The notes beneath the pieces were generated by a model, which was not told the DNA's origin, did not search any database, and was given only the letters and a program-made list of their open reading frames with translations. Position numbers and translations under genes: made by a program. From contig NC_087250.1 of the NCBI RefSeq assembly GCF_037042905.1, forward strand, positions 15,936,001 through 16,000,000: DNA of 64,000 bases, read 5' to 3'. Positions within the stretch are counted from its first letter, which is position 1. Each line of letters starts with the position of its first letter. The stretch is from Lytechinus pictus (taxonomy: Eukaryota). Positions 1 to 11,300 of this stretch are shown one piece after another.

Positions 1-534
1 AGAGAAATTCCAGTAGTTGCAGTAAACATTGATTTCATGAGAAAGTCTGTAAAACCAGGCTTAATTGTCAGTATATCATCGAGGATCTAGATCTGGTACA
101 GTTACATAAACTGAACTTCGTGAAATCTTGAAATCTACGCTGAAAATTGTTCACACTGAAGATCACCAACACAGATAGGCACACGTGGGAGAGTGTATTA
201 TTATTGCTGGAATAAAGACCCGACGGAAGTGACCGAATCCGCGCTTATTTTGCTTATTTCTCAGCAATTACACAATTTCTTCCAGAATCCTTTGGCACAT
301 ATTTTTTATTCATACAAGTAGACACTTGGGTGGTCATTATATTAGATTCTGTAAAAAGTCATTTTGAGATCGTTACCAAAACTGGAATTTATCTTTAAAC
401 CTTGTTTGCTCCATATATTTTAAAAGCATAGGAAGTGACTTTTCAAGCTCACGGTCGACTTATTGTTTTTTTTAATGGTGGCAGGTCACATATGCCATTT
501 GATTTATTAATTCTTGTTGATCTTTGATTATTAG

Positions 535-585
535 GTATTGGCTGTGAAGAAGAGGCTAACCGGAGAAGAAGGTCTATTGTTCCCG
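535..585 (+). CDS. C3: C3-like exon 1: IGCEEEANRRRRSIVP (beta/alpha furin site at 561-572)
   Basis: ttag|GT acceptor, G|gtagg donor, 51 nt, phase 1-1. Confidence 0.85.
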
Positions 586-3500
586 GTAGGACTATCATTC
601 TTTAAATATGAATGTAATTGTGTTTTGTATTTGTTATGATATAAGTTACGTCAACAAATAACAAGTTAGATTAATTTCAAATTTGATCTTTCTTTTATTA
701 CTACAAAGGTAAACATAGTAATAAATTATCTTGCATATCCATCATTGGGTTGAAGACATGTCAGTTGTGTAATATTCTGATTACACTTTATATCCAAACT
801 TCTCAAAAACTGGTAAAAACTATTTAAAGGACAAGTCCACTCCAACAAAAAGTTGACTTGAATAAAAAGAAGAACATTCAACAAGCATAACACTGAAACT
901 TTCATCAAAATCAGATGTAATATAAGAAATTTATAGCACCTTATTAAAGTTTTGCTTTAATTTCACAAACATTTATATGCACATCCTGGTCGGTATGTAA
1001 ATGAGGGGACTGCTGACATCACCCACTCATATTTCTTTGGTATTTCATTATATGAAATATAAAATATTTTAGTTTTCTCCTCACCTTTATGTGAAATAAA
1101 GTTTTATTCCTCCCTGAACATGTGGGATTATCATTGTTGTAACTTGTTGTGGTTTAGGCAAGGTGATACTTATCATAAAATCTGTAAAATTGAAAAAAAG
1201 AAGAAGAAATAATGAGTGATTAACATCACTGACTCTCTCATCTGCATACAACTGAGTTGTACATTTAAATGATTTGTAAAAAGGGAACTTTTTAAATGCC
1301 ATAATGCCATTATGTTCAATTCTTGTTTATTGAATGAAATCAGCATTTTTCTGAGGTGGAATTGACATCTAAGTTAACCCTAAAAGGACTAGGCTATTTG
1401 AGATGTATTTAGGATGGGGGGGGGGGGTATGATGGCCCCCCTTCTGATCTCGGCGGCCGTTCGCGTGATCACGCCGAAATTTGGCACATTATTAAGCAGA
1501 CCAAATACAATGGAAAATAATCACTCTTTTATGAATTTCATCTCGCAAAGACTTTGTACACAAAGTATAAAAGTGAGCCACTTTCGGCATGACATTGTCT
1601 TGCAATAAGTCATGTGGCGTCGTGATGCTATACCCGTATGCTGTAAATTTGGTCTCAAAAGTTGCGTGAGAAATAGTCATAAAATTTTGTAGCGCTATCT
1701 TTTTGTGTTTTAGAATTATTGCGCAAAGCTATCATGGCCCCCCACAGTCCTTTTCGGGTTAAAGTCCACAATGCTGGCGATGATGAGATGTTGAGACGCG
1801 ACGGATAATTAGAGTCACTGTAACGCACTGAAATGTCTGTGAAGACGAAATCGATGATGATAAACAGTCGATTTCAGCAACCCATGGGTTGAAAAGTGTT
1901 CCCTAGAACAGTTTGATGAGATCTGAGAATTCCTCTCTTAAAATAGTTGCAAACAATTCATTGATAACATGAAATAATTTCACAGAAGTTAAAGCAGTAT
2001 TCCACATTGAGATAAACTATGCACGGACATAAAGTCTAGCTGGGCTATAATTTCAGAGTTCTGATCTCGTCGAAGGATTTCCAAGTCTTTTATATCAATT
2101 GCCAATCTTCCAGAAAGTTCCAAATGAATCTATAATGATGAGAACATTTTGCTTTTTCCTTGAACATGTTCTGGAAGAGTCGTGAATAGCCCCAGTGAAA
2201 TTAACAATGTCAACAACCAGGGGCGGATCCAGGATTCTCTGAAAGGGGGGGGGGGCGCATTTTTCTGAGAAAAGAAAAAGGTTTTCAACCCCAAATTAAG
2301 GATATTTTGTCCCAGAAAAAATTTGACAAGCAAAAAAAAAGGAAAAAAAAGGTGTTCACTTTCAAAGGGGGGGGGGGGGAACTTCCCTTTTTCAACAGCA
2401 TTTTTGCATTACAAATTTGTGCCCCCCTGGATCCGCCACTGTCAACAACATACCTAAATTTATTGTTCCTTTTCCTTCCCACCAATCCTTATAGTCTTCT
2501 GGGATTACTAGTTCTTTGTTGTAAATTTCAGCTTACTGAGCATTCCACTGCCTTGTTGAATATGCCATACCATTGAATGAAATGTTGTAACATAACTTAA
2601 TTGAGACATTCTAGAATATTATAGTCTATTTAAAACATAGCAGTTCTTTACTTGTAATTTCTTACATTAAATATTACAATTTCTCATGTGCATTCGCTAT
2701 CTAGTTATGTGAACAACCAAATGAAATAATCCTCATACAGTTCTTCTTATGTAACATATTGTAGAGATTCGCTAGTAAGATTGCATGTAGCTTGGTTATT
2801 GATTATTTATTATTATTATTATTATTACCATTTTTACTATCATTATTAATGATATTATTATTATCATCATGATGATTATTATTGTTATTATTACTATCAT
2901 TATCATTAATAATATTATTATTATCATTATCATTATTATTAATATTATTCTTATTGCTATCATTATTATTGATATTATAAGTATTTTTATTATCATGATT
3001 AAGATCATTATTATTATTATTATCATGATGAATATTATTATTGATAATATTATCATCATCATTACCATTCTCTGTCGTGCTGCACCAGCATCAGCGCCAG
3101 CTATGACAAAGTTCTAGCAAAACTTGCAGCCTAGCAAGTGAAAGGTTGCCAAAAACAGGTAAATATTTGTGATTGTGTAATAAAGAACATTTTTCTCATA
3201 TTATTATCATTGGAATTATCATTATTATTATTTTCATTATCATTTGATGATTATTATAATTATCATTATCATTATTAATATTATATATATTGTAATTGTC
3301 ATCATCATTGTTATGTTTGTTATAATTGGTATTACTATTTTATTATTATTATTGTTGTTGTTGTTACTATCATTGTTTGTTTCATTACCATTATTATGAT
3401 TATCATGGTTTATTTATGGAGCGTTGTGGCTCAGTGGATTAGTCTCCAGACTTTGAAACAGAGGGTCGTGGGTTCAAATCCCAGCCATGGCGTAGTTTCC

Positions 3501-6500
3501 TTCAGCAAGAAATTTATCCACATTGTGCTGCACTCAACCCAGGTGAGGTGAATGGGTACCTGGCAGGAATTTATTTCTTGAAATGCCGAGCGCTTGAAGG
3601 CTGCTTGAGCTACAGCCAGGGTAATAATATCCAAGTCCTTTGGAAGTGCATAGAGACGTTTTTCATAATGTGTTATGCGCTATACAAGAACTGACTATTA
3701 TTATTATTATCTTCCTCAGGTGAGATATGCTACTCAGTCTACGAATCATCTTGTTTAGCCACCAGAATACGTTTGAAACGTATGCTTTCTAGTACTGATT
3801 ATGCAACCTATCCATGTTCTCGTCGTGCTAGAATTTTAGCATCTCAATGTGGACTAACTCCTGAACAAAAAACGGTATTTTATTTTTCTTCTTTCAAGGT
3901 CATATGAGCTAAGACATTCCTTCTGCCCTAATTTGACCATAGATCTATGCATATAATGTCATAATGTCATAGCGCCCTCCCTCAGAGGATATAGGAATAT
4001 GCATGAACAGAGTTGTCAGAGGTACGCCAATTGTAGATCACCACTGCATGCAAGGCAATGGCTTCAGCCTCTAAGATGGTGGGCCGATGACGTCAATGCA
4101 TAAGGTCTTACAAGAGAGTTGTAAACTACCATGAGAGTAAAAAAAAAAACTTCACACCTCACAAATCCCCAATTTAAGGAAAAAAAAAATTTCATGAACA
4201 CATAACTATTATATATGACCTGAAAGAGTATGTTCTCCCACATAATTTGATACCCTATTTATGTGGTATGTGTTAACGCTTGGATAATCAGTAGGTAGGC
4301 CCTATTCTTTGCAGTGATGTAAATTTTAATTTGCACCAAAGTAAGGCATGACTGCAATGAATGAATCCAGATGTCAATGATGTCGTAATCCTACAAGGGT
4401 TGCTCTAACCATGGACCTACTACAACTGGACATTCAATGAGATTTATTTGGCAGAACATACTCTTTCAGGCCATATATAATAATTATGTTCACAGCATAA
4501 TATTTCCTTAAATTGGGGTTTGTGAGATGTAATTTTTTTTTTTTACTCAGCGGTATATAGAGGACATGCAGGATGTACTATGAAGGCCTATTCTTATAGG
4601 GAGAGTTCACCTTGAAGAAAAGTTTGTTGTAAGAAATACCATACAAATAATGAAAATACTGGTGAAGGTTAAAAGAGTAAGAAAGTTATATGAACAGCTG
4701 TCCCATGTATTACATAATAAAAGACTTAAATTCAAATTTTAAAATGGTTCATGATGCCTTAAAACAATGTCTTTTAGGAGTGGATTGAATTAATTTGTGT
4801 GTTGATATACCGATGGTACTCTAAAAATTATTTTCATTTTCTTTTTAAAATGACATTGATTTTTTATATGACGTCATAAATCACTGTTTAAAAATAAAAA
4901 TTTGTAAATTTGATAAAATTCCTCTTCTATCATTGATTTTGACTCATGTTAGAGTATAACTATATCATACATTTTTTTCAAACAATGAATAAGAATAGGA
5001 AATAAGTATTTGTTGTCCATTTGAAGAGAAGAAGGAGATTATTGAGCTCAGTCTAAAACACCGCATTTTTATCATTTGAATTGTTTTCAGAGATTTGAAG
5101 TGTGCTGCGAAAATCCTCCCATTCCCAGGGTAACATCTGAAACATCAAGATCAGGTGGTAATAACAACCAGATCGACGGTGTCAAAGTACGTGACGATTT
5201 TAGAGAGACTTGGCTCTTTGATGTTTTTCCTATGCCGTAAGTAGTTTTGAAATAAATATTTCTGAAGTGTTTTTTTGTCTGTGCTGAATAAAAATTGTGC
5301 ATTTCAAAATATACTTTTTTGGAATAATTTTTCAATGTTCAATTAAATTGTGTGTTTCAGAATACTTGCAAAATGTCTCCGCCCTTATAATATTATGTTA
5401 TATATTATCACACTACGATTATGATGTAACAAGTTCCTGAGACCCCCTTTTTTTATATAATCAGTTCCAGAGTATGGCATTTTTAGCAATCGTTGATCCA
5501 AGAGCCGTTCTGGAGACCCCCATTTTTAGACCAAGATTTAGTTTAATACAGACCCCCTCTATTTTTTACTTTCACATAGGTATCATGTTATAATTCGAGT
5601 ACCCCCCTTGGTACAAGTGTTTGTTTGACACAAATTTCTGCATTTAATCCAGTACTTGTAAGGGTTCTTGTTGATAAATTTTGACAAGCTATTCATGTAT
5701 ATCAATTTATAGCTCAGTATATTTTCTTAATTCAAGCTAAAAGAAAAGAAAATCCCAAAATTCTTTTTTGGCTGCTTATTGTTTGTTTTGGGGACGGCTG
5801 CTCATACATGTACACGGGCAGAGTAATGCTTTAACCCTAAATAGACTGTGCTTTTTCGACGCCTAAGAAGACTGGGGGGGGGGCTGATTCAGCCCCCTCT
5901 TATCATCTCGACCGTCAATGGCGCGATAGGATGAAAATTGGCACGTGCGTTACCTATGGCATAATGTACAAAACTATATAATAAAATTCTGCGAAAATTA
6001 TTGCTGAATAATTATGCTGTATGCGTAAAATAAAAAGAAATTGCTCTAATTAACAAAATCATGCCCTGAAAATGCAATTTTTGTCTCACCTGCATAGCAG
6101 AGCAAGACTATAGGCGCCGCTTTTCCGACGGCGGCGGCGTCAACATCAAATCTTAACCTAAGGTTAAGTTTTTTAAATGACATCATAACTTAGAAAGTAT
6201 ATGGACCTAGTTCATGAAACTTGGACATAAGGTTAATCAAGTATTACTAAACATCCTGCCTGAGTGTCAGGTCACATGATCAAGGTCAAAGGTCATTTAA
6301 GGTCAATGAACTTAGACCATGTTGGGAGAATTATTTTCAAAATCTAAACCCGAAGGTTAAGTTTTTGAAATGACATCATAACTTAGAAAGTATATAGACC
6401 TAGTTCATGAAACTTAGGCAGAAGGTTGAGCAAGTATTACTGAACATCCTGCTTGAGTTTCAGGTCACATGATCAAGGTCAAAGGTCATTTAGGGTCAAT

Positions 6501-8302
6501 GAACTTTGGCCAAGTTGGGGGTATTTGTTGAATTACCATCATAACTTTGAAAATTTATGGATCTAGTTCATGAAACTTGGACATTAGGTTAATCAAGTAC
6601 CACTCAATATCCTGTGTGAGTTTCAGGTCACATGACCGTGGTCAATGGTCATTTAAGGTCAATGAACTTTGGCCATGTTGGGGGTATTTGTTAAATTACC
6701 ATCCTAACTCTGAAAGTTTATGGATCTAGTTCATAAAACTTGGAATATAAGAGTAATCAAGTATCACTGAACATCCCCTGTGAGTTTCAGGTCACAAAAC
6801 CAAGGTCAAAGGTCAGTTAAGGTCAATAAACTTTGGCCATGTTGGGGTAATTGTTGAATTGCCATCATAACTTGAAAGTTTATGGATAGAGTGAATGAAA
6901 TGTGGACATGGGTGTAGTTGACAAGTCTTAAGTCGCCGTTCAAATGTCATTTATGGTCAATGAAAGTGGTATTATGTCATTATATGAATGGTGTTTTTGT
7001 GAATGATTATTTTATAGTAGTTTTCAAAGTTCACACTGCTGCTATATTAAATCGCGTAATGCAGGGGAGACTGCCAGAGGGGTTCAACTTGTTTTGTTTT
7101 CACACTCTTTACAAGCATTTGATCAAATGTACATTAAAAAATTTTAACATCACATTTATTTTCTTACGTATTCTATTTTTTCAAAATTTCTTAATGTATT
7201 TCTATGTTTTTTTACATTTTTTTTTAATTGTTTTTTCAATGGAAATTGTCAGGGACTTTATTTTGACCATAAACAAGATGAAATTAATTGATTTCAATCA
7301 TTAAAAGGAAAAATAATGATAGATTTATGAATTTCGGCTTAAACACTATTTGCATTGAATTTGTACATGAATTCATGTTTTCGAGCAATTTTGGGCCTGC
7401 ATGCACTTACAAAATGTTGCGTAATTTCAGAAACACGTCAGTGGGGGTGACAGTTTTGATTTCACAAGTTGTGCGAAAAAGTCAGCGAGCGATGTAAACA
7501 AAATTTGTGCGGTGGATTTATCACGAAAACTGTCGAGGGGTGCTGAATCAGCCCCCCCCCCCGTCTTCTTAGGGTCAACTTTCAGAATTATTTTGTTATC
7601 ATTGAAGCCAGAACGTGAAACTGTATATACAGTGTCCAAACCTACTCCCATTTACCGTTATTCAATTTAATTTCCAGTACAAACGGTGATAAGATGTTAC
7701 ACCCGTTGACCACGCCGAGTAGTATCACGGAATGGCACTTGACGGCAGTCAGTTTATCCCAAACACAAGGAATGTGTATTGAAGATGATACCACTGTGAT
7801 GGTTTACCAGAAATTCTTTATTCAGCTTCATCTCCCGTACTCTGTCGTCAGGCTTGAACAGACACAGATCCTCGTCACCATCTTCAACTATGGTATTTCA
7901 CTTGCAGAGGTGGGTATAAATTCGGTTTGAAAAATAATAATAATAATTAAATAATAACGGTATATTTACCCAGGGTAGCCACTTCAGTTCTGAAAACTGT
8001 TCTCCCAGCGGGCCCTGCTGTTATTACCGGCTAAGCTAGGCTACTGATTCAGGCTTTCTGAGGAATCATTTCCTGCCGGTATCCATTTACCTCACCTGGG
8101 TTGAGTGCAGCACACTGGAGAAATTTCTTGCTGAAGGAAAACACGCCACGGCCAGGATTCGAACCCACGACCCTCTGTTTGAAAGGCAAGAGTCAGAACC
8201 ACTAGACCACAACACGCCCACTAAATAAATCATCAGCAATTTATTGCCAGCAGGGAAGTCATCATCATTCATCATCATCTTCATTATCATCATCATTATC
8301 AT

Positions 8303-8335
<33 letters not shown>

Positions 8336-11300
8336 TATCATCATCATCACCATCATCATTATCATCACCATCATCGTCATCATTATCATCATCATCATCA
8401 TCATCACTATCATCATCATCATCATCATCATTATCATCATCATCACCATTGTTGAACTCGTCAACTTGTTCAACTATGGTCTCCCTCGTTGAAGGTTTGT
8501 ACAATAGAACTTAGACCTGTTGCCCCCAAAACAACAAGGTGCCCGGGATTAAAGTTTTAGTGAGCTTGAAAGAGCACATTCCAAACTTTTGAAATGATGG
8601 ATAACTTGTCAAAATTGATCAACAATAACCAACAATAGGTTCATGAATGAATTCAGTGAGAGCATCATTACCACCACCGCTATCATAATGATCCTCATCA
8701 CCACCACCACTGTCATCATCACCACCATCATCATCACCACCATCATCACCACCATCATCATCACCACCATCATCATCACCATCTTCATCATCATTATCAT
8801 CATCACCACCACCATCATCATCACTCACCATCTTCATCATCATCAATACCATCACCACCACCACTATCATAATCATTATCATCATGATCATTAGTATCAC
8901 AGTGATGACATACCAGGAATTGTTTGTTGGGCTTGAACTCGTCACCTTGTTCAACTATGGTCCTCCTTATTGAAGGTTTGTACAATAGAACTTAGACCTG
9001 CTGCCTCCAAAACAACAAGGTGCCCGGGATTAAAGTTTTAGTGAGCTTGAAAGAGCACATTCCAAACTTTTGAAATGATGTATAACTTGTCAAAATTGAT
9101 CAACGATAACGAACAGAGGTTTACATGTATGAATGAATTCAGTGAGAGTTTCAAAGAATAGAGAAAAAAAGAAGATTGAAAGCTCGCTTGCCACGCAAGC
9201 ATGAGATGTGCACACTGTGAAATCTTGGTTAAACTTAAAGCTGTCCATCAAACATGGTGCTGAAGAAACTTGTGTATCTTGTTTTATATTCAACTTTACG
9301 ACTTGAAATTTTGACATTAGAATTATTACATTTTCATATAAGCTAATTTTCTATTTCGGGGCATTTTGAAGACCCGGGGCCGTATTCTGAACATTGTCTT
9401 TTCTCCATATTTTACCTTTCTCAGAGATATGACAAAATCGGTATTCTTGGGGATGTCATAAGTTTTGTCACAAAAATTGTCATAATTTCGTCTCTTCTCT
9501 TTAGCGCGCACCAAAAATATGCGGCTTTAAATGTGCGTAATCCTTTTATACAAGCAAGAGATATGACAAAAGTTATGACAGGGGGGTAGGGGGTAGCAGT
9601 CATAAATTTTGTCATATCTTTTAGTACCAAATATCCCGATACCCTGCCGACTGAATGTCAAGCATATAATATATGACATATATGAATTGTTTAGATTAGA
9701 TTGTGGTATTAGTTTCACTCATCATCCATGACAATTTTCAAAATTATTATTTCATGCTACAATTAGTTAGGCCCTACATATTAATTCCTCCTTTTTTTCT
9801 GTTTTCCTTCTTTTTCTACTTCTCTAAAATCCTTCACAGCTCCCTGTCTCTCTTTGTAATTAAGCGCATCAATATTTGCGTAGTTGCGCGTTGCCAACAA
9901 CTGTATTGGGGATACGCCCTACCTGTCACGGGGCCTTCCTATTGGCTAGAAGGGCTCCCACTGGGAACTAACGATGATTTTGATTGGTTTGCTTCCGAAA
10001 AAGATGGGCGTGAACTTTGAGAGATATGACAGGGAAACAACAATGTTAAGAATACCGATTTGTGACAATCATAGCGGTGTCTTATCTTGGAGAGAAATGA
10101 CAAAATTTATAACAAAAGTTATGAGTGTTCCAGAATACCACCCCAGATTACTATTTAGGGAGAATATGTTGTGAGAAGCCTTTCATGATGAAGCAGAGTT
10201 GGTTGAAAATCAGTGATTCAAAACGTCTGGAAAAAAGTACTTATTTGCAATTTTTCATCAGCTCCAAATCTTAGGATGATCTGCCATTCCTGTTCACCAT
10301 ATTTTGACAAAGGCCTCCTAGCAGTTGTCATTTGACGGGCATTTCATTGTTGGTTTGGGGGTATCAGGGGGGCGTTTCATGAAAGGACTTGTCGGACGTT
10401 TTATCCGACAAGTCCCATTTTATCCGACAGTTACCATAGTAACAGTACCTCTCAGCCAATCAACATCAGAGAAAGATGTCAGATCTGACAACTTGTCGGA
10501 TGAAAATGTTGATGAAACACTCCCCTGGTCCCATATATAGATAATCACATTTTACATGAATAGATTTGAATTCAACCACTTTTTTTTCTTCAATATTTTT
10601 AATTTGTACCAATAAATTACAGGTTTTTCATTTTGGCTGTATAAAAAAAAGATCGTTTGGGACTTAGTGTTGGTTTTGTGGTTGGTGAATTTGAAAATGG
10701 CCAATGTCTTGTTTGATTTTATTCATTTATGCCTTATCCATTTCAAGGGCCTATAACACAAAGCTTAGAAATTATTGTATACCAGTTTTTTAATATTTTT
10801 TTTTACGATCGATTGCTTTGACTACTATGTACATGTACAATTAATGGTGAAAATCAAGTCATGATTAATCCCTTACCTCTCTGTTACAATACAGGTTACA
10901 GTATGGTTTTCTGTTGAAGAGGGTCTGTGCACTGCTGAAAATCCAGCCATGCGTATGGTTTCGGTCGAGTCCAAGAATGCCGCCTCCGTTGCATTCATTG
11001 TAAGGCCGGTGGATGTAGGTACATTTGATATCAGAGTGAATGCCTCAGCAAACGGCAAGCAAGATAACGGCAAGCAAGATAGCGTCAAGAAATCACTTCT
11101 GGTCGTGGTAAGAATCAGTTATTATTTTTTTTTTTACATGTATAATGTGAAAGCTAAAAGAATGTACATGTAATTGCACCATGACCAAACAGGGGTTTTA
11201 TGAATGAAATGTACATAGATAAGTCTTTAGAATTAGAGTTAATTGCTACTATTTCGTTGGCATTCATCCGAACCATTGTATATTAAAGTCAACTTTCGTT

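Noticed and set aside
2796..3117. Poly-Ile/Met/Asp ORFs (also 8087-8954)
   Set aside because: Trinucleotide microsatellite translations.
3418..3490. tRNA genes at SINE heads (also ~8150-8219, 21484-21555, 25285-25350, 32960-33033)
   Set aside because: A/B boxes are present but the acceptor stems are poor and the heads continue into SINE bodies.
7886..7898. Alternative exon-4 donor AACTATG|GTATTT
   Set aside because: It gives phase 1, incompatible with the phase-0 start of exon 5.
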